From Microthyrium microscopicum (lineage: Eukaryota), in contig MU004248.1 of the NCBI GenBank assembly GCA_010405405.1, positions 62,001-126,000 of the forward strand: a DNA stretch of 64,000 nt, read 5' to 3'. The translations under genes and the position numbers were made by a program. This document shows, in pieces, positions 1 to 15,200 of this stretch (position 1 is the stretch's first letter; each line of letters begins with the position of its first letter). The notes beneath the pieces are model-generated. The model was given only the letters and a program-made list of their open reading frames with translations. It did no database searches and was not told the DNA's origin.

Positions 1-1200
1 ACGCAATGAATGAACAAAGGTCGTTCAATGCGAAAAGAGTGTTTAAGTAATCGTAATTCTACATAGACCCAGAGATACAATGTCATAGATCAGTTTTACC
101 GACACTGTAAATACTATACTAATTGTTTGATATGGGTCTTGTGTTCCATGCACAAGCCATATTGATCCAAATCTGTACTTGGAAGTCAAACTCCTCTCTA
201 ATCTGTTTTATAACCCAACAAGTCCTCACTGCCTGAGAAATTGTTGGATGGACTAGCAAACATATCTTGCCATGACGCTTCAGTATTAGCCCCACTCTCA
301 AACATATCTGCGCTTGTATTGTCCCGAAGAGGGCTTTCGTCGTCGATTGAATGGTACGTACTGGTCTTGCTTTGCCAACGAAAGAAGTGCATGAGCAGTT
401 ATGGAGTCTACTCTCCTGACTTGAATACGACTTGGTGTAGACTCTGTGTTGCTTATTTCCATCTCGGCGTTGTCCATATCGATGTCTTCAAACTGGCGGA
501 AAGGCATGTCGGAGAATTTTTGGAAGTCGCAGCAATTAAACGACAGGCTTGGCGGTTCGAACGAATTGCCGAGGTAAGATCGACGAAGGTTGCGATCCGT
601 GAGTTGACGAGTTGGAAACAGAGATCAAATGCGGAAGCCCGGTAGCGTTTAACTATGTTTATGATGAAATGTCGTGGCAAAAGTCACTGAACCAGTCCCT
701 CGCACGGCCATTCGCCGAACTTACTAGCGTTAGATGTGACAATTCATTGAGGAAGATGCTTAGATCGTGGTGTATATATTCTGGGAAAGTGTCCATCACT
801 GATCGGACACTAGGTAAATGGGTCTGTAACTTGCTGGCGATGACGCCCAAACAAGCCAGGACATGGCCTATATATTCCCATGGCTTGATGTTCAATTGTA
901 CTTTCAAGTGACCGTTGCAAACAATAGTTCGTGCTTGTTACTTGTTTTGTCAAAGGTGCATTAGAGCTGAGATGAGGTGAAGTTAGGAGCTATAAGGCTG
1001 ATAATAAGGCTGAGGACGAGGCTCAGGCTTGGCACTTTGCGCCAATGACAGTGGTTCTGGTCACGTCACGCCGACTTCGCACTGGCATGCTTTTTTTTTT
1101 GGCATCAGATGAATCATAAAGAGTTAGTTCTTCTGAAATAACATTATCTCTCCAACTCCTCTATTCATCACGCCTGAATCCATAAATCCTCAACGCCGTT

Positions 1201-2599
1201 ATGCCTTCGCGCGATCAAATTCACTACTTCGGTGCTGGCCCCGCTCCTCTGCCCACTCCTGTGCTTGAGAAGGCCGCCGGTGCACTCCTCAACTACCAAG
1301 ACACCGGCATTGGTATATGCGAAATCTCTCACAGAAGTGCTCAGGCCAATCAGGTCCTTGCCGATGCAAAGTCTGCACTGACACAATTGCTGGATGTTCC
1401 CGATACATATGATATTCTCTTCCTACAAGGTGGCGGGACGGGCGAGTTCAGCGCAGTTGTATACAACTTGGTGTCCATATGGGTAGAGAAGAGACGAAGA
1501 CGGGCCTTGGAAGATCTGACAATCGCACTGGCAGATGGAAAAGAACCGGGCTCAAAGGAAGACTTGAATGCCAAAGTTCTGCAACGCCTCAAAGCTGAAG
1601 TGGACAAAGAACTCAAACTTGATTACCTTGTTACTGGATCCTGGTCTCAAAAGGCAAGCCAAGAAGCAGCTAGACTTGTTGGTGCCGATAAAGTCAATGT
1701 TGCAGTGGATGCCAAAGCCAGAAACGGTGGCAAGTTCGGCATTATCCCACCAGAGTCGGAGTGGAGTCTTACTCCACGAAAGAGAGAAGGCGGTCCAGGT
1801 TCAGCTCTCATATACTTTTGCGACAATGAGACCGTCGACGGAGTAGAATTCCCCTCTTTTCCAACATCGATAACTGGCCATGCCGAGGACGATGTTGATG
1901 ATGATGCGCCTCTGATTGTTGCCGATATGTCATCCAATTTCATCAGCCGGAAAGTCGATGTGAAGAAATATGCTGTCATCTTTGGCGGAGCGCAAAAGAA
2001 CGTTGGCAATGCTGGCATTACCATTGTCATTGTACGAAAGTCACTATTGCCTCCAACCGCAGCTCTAGCAAGTCCCGAGGTGCTTCGTGCTGTTGGCCTT
2101 CCCATCGGACCGATCGTGTTCGACTGGGCTACGATTGCAAAGAATGATTCGTTATACAATACGCTGCCAATATTTGACGTCTGGATTGCCGGCCAGGTTA
2201 TGGCAGGGCTACTCGAGAAGTTCGGATCCAAGAAGATTCAAGGACAGGAGGAGATCTCTCGCCAGAAAGCCAACCTCATTTACGGAGCTCTGGACAAATA
2301 TCCAAACGTCTACCATGTGGTACCCGATGAATCTGTTCGCAGTCGCATGAACATTTGCTTCAGGGTTCATGGCGGAGATGCAGACAAGGAAAAGCAATTC
2401 CTCGCTGGAGCAGAGAAACTTGGTCTCTCTGGTCTGAAAGGTCATCGCAGCGTGGGTGGTATTCGAGCTTCAAATTGTAAGTACCCCCTGATGAGTTGAA
2501 GTGGATAAAATAACTAACTAGTATCAAGACAACGCAGTGTCTGTCGAGGGCGCGAAGAAACTTGCCACATATTTAGAGGAGTACGCAAACAATAAATGA
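1201..2599 (+). CDS. SER1: Phosphoserine aminotransferase; one intron at 2477-2528
   Basis: Motifs YFGAGPA, EISHRS, QGGGTGEF, CDNETVDGVEF, ADMSS, GAQKNVG, GHRSVGGIRAS; intron GTAAGT..CTAAC..AAG restores SNYNAV; stop TGA at 2597-2599. Confidence 0.95.
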
Positions 2600-2795
2600 T
2601 CGCGAACATATGCAAAAGCATTCAACACTGGAGAAAATTCGACTACGGCGTCAAGGTATGATCTCAACAGCACGGACAGCCAGGAGTTTGCGGTCTTGGA
2701 AAATCGTTCTTCAAACGGAATATTCGATGCGAAGATAGGTATGATTACCTGAAAATACTACTCTACTACTGACTGAGATAATGTTATATCAAATA

Positions 2796-3903
2796 TTATG
2801 ACCACTTGGTGGCTAGCGGCATTATGTCTCTATCTAAACTTATTCTATGCCAGTCAGGAAATTCCTGATCTTGCTCTAAAGGCTTAATCATGGAAGCTAT
2901 GATATAGTCCTCTTCAAACGATTGTAACTCAAACAATACATCTCGCACCTCCTCTCCCTTGAAAGTGATTGAAACTTCCTCGTCCTTATTCCCAATCGTC
3001 TCACCAAACACACCAGCCAGACTACACCTAGGAACTGCTCCCTTCCTCGGTGCTCGTACGCCAGTGAACTCAATTTCTTGGATCCACCTGGCCGCCAGAC
3101 CCTCGCCCGCAAGCTTGACATACGCCTCCTTGAGTGCAAACGCCGCATAAAAGTTGCGCACTTTTTCTTCAACCAGCAATTCGCTCTCAAACTTTACTTG
3201 CCGCCCATCAAACATGACACTCAGTGCCTGCCCGCACTTCACCGTGCGGTCTAGTCGTCCCAGTATCACATTAGACACTTCCTCCCCATCTAGCAGTCTC
3301 ACGCTGCCCTGAGGCGGCAAACTCCACGCTAACGCAAAGAGCTCTTGCTCGCTAAAGACGTCCGAGAACACGGCAAGAAATGTTGGCACATCTGAGCCCG
3401 CAATACTAGCCATATCATTGCGTTCGTTCGGACTAGTTAGATCGACGCTCACATCTGGCACTGGCGCACCTCTCCCCACAGCACCCACGAGCACTACCAG
3501 GCCCTTTTGATGGCTCACGTTGAAGTCAATATGCGGCCACTCATCGTTGGGCGGAGCACCTGGCGGGGACGCCCAGCATGGTTTTCCCAGACGGGGGTCG
3601 AGGCGCCGTGAGAAGGCGATAGAAGACCAGGGAAGGCCGGTGGCTTTGGCCAGGAAAGCACGCTTCAAGAGGGCGGAGCCAAGGGACATGCATGCATCGG
3701 GAAAGCGGTATTTGCTGAGGATGGGATTTTGTTCGGCGGGTGGTAGTAGGGCGAGATGGTCGCGAGCCTGAAGGAGGTTAGTGATATGGTGCATGTGGGA
3801 TGTGGGAGGGGTTCATTACGGCGTCTTGTATTTTTGTGCCGGACCACAGTGTACGTGTATCGAGAAGCCAACGGGTGATTTCGGTTTTTGGGTGAGAAGC
3901 CAT
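2796..3903 (-). CDS. npgA: Sfp/NpgA-type 4'-phosphopantetheinyl transferase; one 5' intron
   Basis: Exon 1 MASHPKTEITRWLLDTR, intron GTAATG..CTAAC..CAG, then SLGSALLK, GKP, FNVSHQ, FALKEAYVK, GEGL motifs. Confidence 0.88.
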
Positions 3904-4194
3904 GATATTGCTGTTCATGTAAATGTGGTATCAGACGCAGCGGGCTCTAAGTGAGCGTGGTGAGATGGACAAAGCTAGATCAAGCAGGGGTAGAAGAGAC
4001 GTAGAGATTCAGCGTGTGGGCTCATTCGGGAATATGTATGAAGCTTAGTCTCTACAAAGAGGTAGACAAGCTGATATTATTACTATTCAAACATGCTCGC
4101 TCGTTTCTGTATTAATGCTCTATCTTTGTGATATGCTCACAGCATAAACTCGTCTACGCCACATTCCTATGCATATGCACGAACTAAAATGTAT

Positions 4195-5920
<1,726 letters not shown>

Positions 5921-8900
5921 GATGAAAGGAACAAGACGCGATAGAGTTGTAAAGGAGAGAGGAAGAGAAAGAAGGAGGAAGCTCCAAAACCAAATAATTA
6001 TTGCAAGCGCGAGAACAGAAGGGAGTGGTACATATTCGAGGGGCGATTGGCTCATCGCTAGGGGCGAGTTACCACTAGCGGCATCGTGCTAGTGCCAGCA
6101 ACTCATCGGTCCGGACTAAACCATTACCGCAGAGAATTCTTTAGATACAACATTAATTAGCCTCTTTTAGTTTAGTGTAATAATAATTTTTACTAATTAT
6201 AGATTATAGTACTACTCTTTATAATTATATATTAGTTTTATAAAAAGAATAATTATATTCTATAACTAGTATACTAGATTTAGTAACTTATTTAGCTACG
6301 CTAAATTACTAGTAAAAAGATAATATAGAGAAGAAAGCTATAAGAAAGGCTACTAATAAACTAAAGACTTTATAGCTTTAATTAAACTATAAACTTAACT
6401 ATATATATAGAAAATATATATAAATTATTAATAAAAGAACTTAATTAACTAAAGATATTAGAGTAAGGATTAATTCTAAGGCAAAATCTATTAATAGATA
6501 CTAAAAAGGCTAACCTTTAGGTAAGGCAAAGTTGTTTTATTAAATATAAAAAGACTACTAAAGAATTTAGTAGTTAAAATAGTAAATTTAACTACTCTAC
6601 TCTAAAAAAAAGAGCTTTTAAGAGATATAGTATTACTATATAGACTAAAATCTTAGAATAAATAATTTATAAATACTATATTTTTTAGCTATATAAAAGG
6701 TAAATTCTATATTTACGTCTAAAGCTTAGATACTTTAAAGATTTAGTAACTAAGTAATTATAGTAATATATAACATTTAAGAAAGTAAGTAACTATTTTT
6801 TAGTTAATAAATCTATAGTCTATTGCTAGTAGAAAAAGTAAGATAAGGCTAAATATATTACTAATAACCTAAGGAGAATAGAACTTAATATAGAATAAGA
6901 ATACTTTTTAGACTTAGAATTTATAATTTATTACTAGTTTATTATTTAGCTTATAAAGAACTAAGAAATTTTATCTAGCTAGTTCTTTAAAGAGGCTACT
7001 TAATAATAGCCTCTAGTATATACTTCTCTTATAGTATCTAGATAGGCTATTTCTTAAAGACTTTACTTTTTAAGAAGCTAGCTTATAAGATTTTAAAAAT
7101 ATTACTAAATTTCTTATTAAAAGATAACCTATATAGGCTAAAACTTTTCTTAGGATTAGAAATAATTTATTAATTACTTTATTTCTTTTTATTAGTAATA
7201 CTATACTAAGTTAGTTACTCTTATAAGCTATAAAGTAGAGGTATATACCTAAATCTCTACTTATTTTATTATAAATAGTAATAAAATTTCTTATATATAT
7301 AAAACTATACCTAGCTATACTTATTACCTAATAAGATTAAATAATATATCTTATACTATTTTTAGAAGTAAATAAAAGAAATAATTAATAATAATATATT
7401 TAAGAGCCTCTACTAATAAAAAGATAGTTATAAAACTATTAATTATATTCTATAAATTACTTACTAAATATTATAATTAAAATAAAGTTATTAAAGGATT
7501 TCTTTATAATAAATATATTATTATAAAATTTAATAAAACTACCTAAATAAATTTATTCTTAATTATTCTATAGATTAAAGATTAATAGATTCTTTATATA
7601 GATTCTAAGTAGTACTAACTTAAGTAAGAATAATATTACTAATAAGCTTAAAGTAAGGATACTCTTTTTTAAATTTATTTTTATTCTAACTTATTCTTTA
7701 GAATATAGTATAGGCTTTAATTTCTAAGGTAATAAAGTTTATATCTTTACTACTACTAAATTTATAAAGTTTAATAGTAGTTCTATTAGCTAAATTTACT
7801 TACTAATATAGCTTATACTTCTTTAGCTAATATTAAAGATTATTATTAACTCTATAGTATTTTATATAACTAAAGAAGTTAAGGCTTACTATTATATATA
7901 TAGTATTATTCTTATAGTTATTATCCTTAGACTAATAGCTAAGATTTAACTTTTAGACGTTAATATTAACTAAGTTATTAAGAAGTACCTTTAGAAATAT
8001 TAAGATGAAATTGCTTTTAAAGTGTATCTAAATAAGGATTTTTATAATCTTGTTATAAGTAAAAAATATATTATCTTAACTAAAATAGTTACTTATATAT
8101 AGGAAAAGGCTTATACTTAGTAAACTTATTAAAAATATAATATTATAAAGTGTTTTTTTACTTATACTAGAATTAATATTACTCTAAATAGCTTAGAAGA
8201 TTATCTTATATTAGTAAAAGGAATAGCTATTAGTAATATTAATTTATTAGATTAGAGATTAATATTATTACTAAGAAATAATTTTAATAATTTAAATCCT
8301 CTTAAGGAGATAAAGATTAAAAAAGAAAAGAGTATTTCTTTATTTTATACTAATTAGGCTAATAAAGAAGAGGTTAATAATTATTTAAATTAATAAAAAG
8401 AAGAAGCTAATTCTTTTTTAGACTCTAAATCTAACTTTAAGTATATAGAATTAGAGTCTTTATAATATATAGATCCTTTTATAGCTATAGCTCTAGTTTA
8501 GACTCTATTTTAGCTTTTATTTTAGCCTCTATTTTAAACTACTTATTCTTAATCTCTACTTCTATCTTAGTCTTACTCTCTATTTTAGAATTAATATTAA
8601 ACTATTTATACTTAATTTATTTCTACTTTTCTAACTTAGTATAAAGCTTAACTAATAGATTAAACTTAGGAAGAGTAGTACTAACTTATTTCTTAATATT
8701 AGAGTTAAGTAAACTTTAACTATTAGAATAGACTTTCTTTCTTTATAAATTACTATTCTCTTATTTAGGTTCTAAAAAAGAGCTATAGTAAAAAGAAGGA
8801 TAATTAATCTTAGAAACTTAATCTTTCTTAGTAATAAAATTCTTAATTAGTAAGTCTTACTAATTAGGTAAAGTTTAATCTAAATTTTTAGCCTATTATA

Positions 8901-11039
8901 AAAGTTATTTAGAAGAGAGAACTAAGGAAACCTTATAAAAAGAAGAATCCTTAGGCTATAAAAATACTTATAGTAAAAAAGTTAATTATAAAAAAGCCTA
9001 TTCTAAAGAAGTAATTAATAAAAGTAAAGAAATAGATTTTATATATTAATAACTATTATTAAAAGTTAAAGTTTTTTATATATTAAGTCTTTTATTTTAT
9101 CTTTATAAAGTATAAAAATCTTTTTTAGTTATTTATAGAATAACTTATATATTTACCTTTAAAGCTAGTTTAATTAGTTGCTAATTATATTAGTAAACCT
9201 ATTTATAGTATACTATATTTCTATTTATAAAAGGAGTTATAAAAAGTAATATACTATCTTAAAATAGACTTTCTTTATTAGTAGTAGCTCTAAGAACTAA
9301 GTAATATTCTTCTTTAACTAAGAAATTATATAAAGAGGTATAATTATAAGTTATATTTAGTATATATTATTAATAAATTATTTTTTTAGTATAGCTAAGT
9401 ATACCTATAAATAGTACTATAAGATTTTATAGTCTATATTTTATAGTTTAACTATTAGTAAATCTATAAAGAATAATAGAAAATAGAGAAGCTAGGAAAG
9501 AAAAGGGAAAGAAAGAGCTAAGAAATAAGGTAAAGCTAAAGAAAATAGCTAAAGGAGAATAGCTAAAAAAAAATAGTTAAAAGGAAGCTAGAAAGGAATA
9601 ACTAAGGAAAAGGTAAAGATAAGAAATCTATAAAAGAGAAAGATATTTAGAAGCTATTTAAGATAATAATTAATAGTAAATCTAGTTTAAAATATAAAGC
9701 TTTAGAAATTAAAGAAGTATATATAATAATTTAGTATTTAGAAATCTAAGCCTAACCTAGATAGGCTAGTTATTTTAAGAAAGCTAATTAGTAGTCTAGA
9801 AAATTTCTAAGGTTAATAAACTTTACTAGAATCTAACTTTATCTATTATTACTAATAATAGAGATTAGTTATATAGTTATTTTTATTAGCTCTTTAACTT
9901 ACTAAGGATATAAGAATAATTTAAAGTAAATATAGTATAACTATTCTTAAAAGTATAAGTTAGCTTAGGCTATCTTAAGCTTTTACTTTTTTTTATAAAG
10001 ATCTATACTTTAGCCTATTATACTAAATAAATTATTATTTAAGAAAAGCTTATTAAATTAATTTTAGAGTTAGTAAATATCTTAATATACTTATATATAA
10101 GTCTTATTTATTATAATACTCCTAAGTTAATATATACTATAGGTCCTAAATAGATTAAAGTAATAATTTATACTTAATTTATAAAAGAGTTTAAAGTAGT
10201 AAAGTTTAAGAATAAAAAGAAATAAAGGTACTTATAGCTTTTAAAGTAATAATTATATAGTATTTATTACTAAGCTTAATAAGAAGAGCCTTTATATTAC
10301 TAACTTTTATATATAAGACCTTAAGATTAGCTTTATTACTACTAATATAAAGTACTATATAGTAGTAATAAATACTAAATAGATATACTATTAAAAGACT
10401 AAATATCCTCTTTCTCTAAATATAATACTTCTCTTTTAGAAAGTAGCTTATTCTTATATTAAAACTAGCTTTACTCTATAAAAGATAAGTTAATAAGAGG
10501 CTTACTACTCTTTTACTTAATCTATAAAAGCTTTTATATTAAAGATTAATATATCTACTAATAGGCTAAAAGCTATATAGACTAATTATCCTAATAATAA
10601 TAATATATATTTATTATTTATATATTTTTATTAAAAGATACTTAATATAGAAAGTATATATTTAGTAACTAATAAGATAAATAAAAATAGATAATTAAAC
10701 TATATTTCTTAAAAGATAGGCTATCCTAATCTTTATTACTATTTTAGTAAAGATAAGTAAGATATTTTTATAAAAGCTATAAATAATATCTAATAACTAC
10801 TTTAGCTCTAATTTACTATTTTTTATAGTAAATATATATAAATTAGATTAATATATTACTCTATATACTATACTACTTTAATAATGCTTTTTATTTAATT
10901 TTAGCTTAGTATTATATTCTATTAGTTCTTCTTATTTAGAAATATTTACTTATACTTTAATATAAAATAAATATTACCTAACGTAAGTAGAAAGGACTAA
11001 AATATAATTTATTAAAGTTCTACTTTATAAAATATATAA

Positions 11040-11520
11040 AGTATACCTAAAATAAAGTATAAACTATCTAAGTATACTTAAAATAAAGTATAAACTATCT
11101 AAGTAGAACTAAACTACTTTAAACTATTTAAGTAGAACTAAACTACTTTAAACTATCTAAGTAGAACTAAACTACTTTAAACTATCTAAGTAGAACTAAA
11201 CTACTTTAAACTATCTAAGTAGANNNNNNNNNNCTATCTAAGTAGAACTAAACTACTTTAAACTATCTAAGTAGAACTAAACTACTTTAAACTATCTAAG
11301 TAGAACTAAACTACTTTAAACTATCTAAATAGAACTAAACTACTTTAAACTATTTAGTAGTTTTATTACTTATTTAGGTAGACTAACTATTTAAGTAGAA
11401 CTAAACTACTTTAAATTATCTAAGTAAAACTAAACTACTTTAACCTTCTAGTAGTTTTACTACTTACTTAAGTAGACTAACTATCTAAGTAGAACTAAAC
11501 TATTTTAACTTTCTAATAGT
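11040..11520. repeat. 29-bp tandem minisatellite spanning an assembly gap (N at 11224-11233)
   Basis: Unit AAACTATCTAAGTAGAACTAAACTACTTT repeating with period 29, with degenerate units at the edges. Confidence 0.9.
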
Positions 11521-12275
11521 TTTACTACTTACTTAAGTAGTAGAGTAAATTAATATTTATTATATTATCTAATAATATAATAAAGAAAATAGAATAAAGA
11601 TAGATTAATTTAATAAAAAGAAAATAACTTTTTATTATAAAAAGTATTTCTTTAAAAATATATAAATATTTATTTCTAAGCTACCCTAAAAGAGTAAACT
11701 AAGAAATATATTATATTCTTTACTAAAGACTTTAAAAGAGTTTTAGAAATAATTTAGTAGCTAATATTATTAGACTAGCTAGATAGTAGATTCTTATCTA
11801 CTTCTTATATAAAGCTTTATAATTATACTAACTATAAGCTATATATAAAATCTAACTTAATAATAAACTATTCTAAACTTAGGTCTAGTTTATAGTAACT
11901 AGTCTAGCTAATACTAAATTTAGTAGAAATATATCTAATTTCTAAAAATTTAAGACTTAGTAAATATATCTTTAAACTATAGCTAAGAATAGAATTTACT
12001 TAAAAATTAACTAGAATTACTATAAGAATTAGTAGGTATAATTACTAATCTTATAGAATCCTAGCTAAATTCTTATTTTTTTTATAAAGTAGCTAAAAAT
12101 ATAATTCTCTAAAGCTCTTATAGCTTAGGAATTAGCTATAATGAAATACTAAAATATATTCCTACTACTATATATTCTACTATAAAGTAGCTTAGGACTT
12201 AAGAGCCTTAAGTTTATAAAGCTAGACTAATCTAGGACTAGCTTTAAATCTAGTCCTTTATATTTAAAGAGCTAA

Positions 12276-15200
12276 TGTTATAGGTTAGATAACGAAGAGA
12301 CAAGTTATATTGTAAGCCTACTAAATAGGAAGGTAACTTAGAGAGAAAGAAGAGTTAAGAGACTCTTTAATTAAGGTATTTATATACAACAAGGGTAGCC
12401 TAAATAGGCATAGCTTTAGGGAGTTTAACTCTTAATATTACTCCCCCTATCTAAAAAATTCTAGCTAAAATACTAAGTTAATTATAAGATTTTAATCTTA
12501 TCTAGCTATATCTAACGCTTGCTATTCTTATAGTTTATAATAGAGCTTCTATTTATAACGTATAGATCTATACATTTACTTTTAGGTATAAAATATAAAG
12601 CTTAGGTTATTAACTATTAGTTCTATACTAGTGTTTTACCTATTTTAGACTAAATTTTAAGTATAAGGCTCCTTTCTTAGCATATAATATTAATTCTTTT
12701 TAGTTATAATCCTATAAAGGTTGCTTAATTAGTAAGTTGTCTTATTTATACTTAGTTAGAGCTCTATTATAATATTAAGGAATAAGATTAGAAGAACGTA
12801 ACTATAGTTAAATTACTATGCTTCTACTTATACGTTTAGAGAGTATAAAGCAATATTATTTTATAAAGTTAACTATTCTTCCTTTATTATACTTTAAATA
12901 AGCTTCTTCTCTTCTAATTAGTCCTTATTAAGTTTCTTCTTCCTTACCTAATTAATTAATTAATTAATTAATTAATTAATTAATTAATTAATTAGGTAAG
13001 TCATTCATTATAGTAGCTATAGCCTTACTAACTATATAGAGATAGCTACCCTAATTATTAACGCTTTTAATAATACTATTAGCTTTAATAGTTATATCCT
13101 CGTTGCTATTACTCCTCCTTATATATACGTTACTAATTATAATACTTCTTAACCTTATTTACCTACTATATATAAAGTAGCTATACGTAAAGCTTACTAG
13201 AACGACGTAAATAAGGGCCTTTACCTTTTTAACTAAGTTCTACTTTGTTACTAAAATGATATTATTTATAACCCTTATCTCTATCTACTAACTACTCTTT
13301 AATATAAGAAGGTATACGTAGTTATTAATTACTATAATCTATAAAACTATGCTTTATTTAAGACACTTTATATTAACTAAACTATACGTACTTCTCTAGT
13401 CTTTCTTAATTTATGCTAATATATTTATAGAGTAAGGCCCTTTATACTATAGCTAACTATCTTCTTAACTCCTCTAATAAGTGTCTTAACTTATTAAACG
13501 CCTCCTTTAAGGAGTTTACTAATAATTTATAGCTTAACATTTATAGTATTATAATTTATTAGAGCTTCCTTAGTATAATTTAGTTAACTAGTAGCTAGGC
13601 TAGTTATCTTAAAGCCTTAGGTATTTATTATATAGATATTCTATAATTCTTTACTAAAAATAAGTAGAATAAGACTTATAAAGAGTAGCGTTATACTTAT
13701 TACGTTAGCTATTTTAATTTAAAGAATTAGCTATAATATATAGGTTATATTTAGCTTTTAGAATTTTGTAATAATATATATTTAAACTATATCTATAATA
13801 ATAATATTAGCTTAGGTAAGAAGTATCCTTATAATAATAAAGAGAAGGTTACTAAAGAGGATAAGAATCCTTTACTATTAACTATCTACTTTAGTCTTCT
13901 TATACCTTAAGGCACTACTTAAGTTTATTTTCCTTAGTAGTAGGAGTTTATTAAGCGTATCTTATTTCTTTAGTTTTCTTATATTTTTATAATTTTCTAG
14001 TTTTATTTAGTAAGAAAGGAGGTCTTAGTATAGATAAAAGAAAAGTATTTTTATACATAGGTTATAGATAGTACCTCTAATTATGTCTCTATAGAGTTAA
14101 TTACTATAATAGGAGGGCTAGTTTTTAATCTTAGTTATACTTAAAGAATAGACTAGTTTAGCACTAATCTTTTATAATTATCTTATATATGCTTTATCTT
14201 CTTTATCTACTTTATATAGGCTTCTAACTATTTAATAAAGTTAATTAGTTCTTCTATTATATCTAGATAACCTACTTATTTAACGATATAGACTATATAG
14301 AGTTTGCTCTTTATTATCTTTTTATATTTTTTAGTTATAATCTCCTCTACTAGCTACTTCTCTTATTCCTCTCTATCTAAGTCCTTAACTAAGATTAGTA
14401 GTAGATAAGAATTATTAGCGTCTTAACTTAAGAATAAGTTATTTATTACTAGTCTAAGTAAGTTAACGTAGAATTTCTTAATTCTTTATAACGTATTTAG
14501 TATAATTATATATAAGCTTACTACCTTTATAACTTAGAACTTAGAGTAATAGTAATTAAACTTCTTCTTTATTTATTTAGTCTTAGTATTCTTTAGGTCT
14601 AGCTAGACCTAATTGCTAACTTTATACTTAAGCATTTAGATTCTTATTTAGTTAGCTTATTCCTATATCTTTTCTTAGATAAGAGTTATAGTATCTTAAG
14701 CCTATTTTATAGCTTTTAAAATTATATAAGTAGCTTCCTCTTCCTTCTCTTTTAGAGTATTCTTCTATTTAGATAAGGGAGCTTACTTAAGGAAGTCTAA
14801 GAAAATAGAGTTTTTAAAGCTATAGGATAGAAAGAAAGGTAAGAGTTTTATTATAGATAAGTGCTATAAGTTAAGCATAAGTTAAAGTATTAGTATTAGT
14901 AAGAACTAGTTTAATTATATATAATTTATATATATTCATACTTTAGCTTTAATATCTAAGTTTTACTATTCTATAGAGCTATTTATCTAAGGGTAAAAGG
15001 TAGTTAATAGCTATAGCTCTATTTATAGTAGTACGCAGAACTTTATTTAGAAGTCTCCTATGAATATTAGGTTACAATTATAGATAATTACGTTAAGAAT
15101 ACTATAGAGAGAATAGACATATTATAAGAAAATAGCTATAACGTTTTTAGCTTCTTTTTAAGCAAGGAGAATTAGGATTACTCCTTTACTTAGCTAATTA

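Noticed and set aside
119..911. Short overlapping ORFs at the window start
   Set aside because: No motif recognised and no consistent exon chain could be built
11040..11520. 29-bp repeats resembling a CRISPR array
   Set aside because: Head-to-tail with no unique spacers, no cas genes, eukaryotic context
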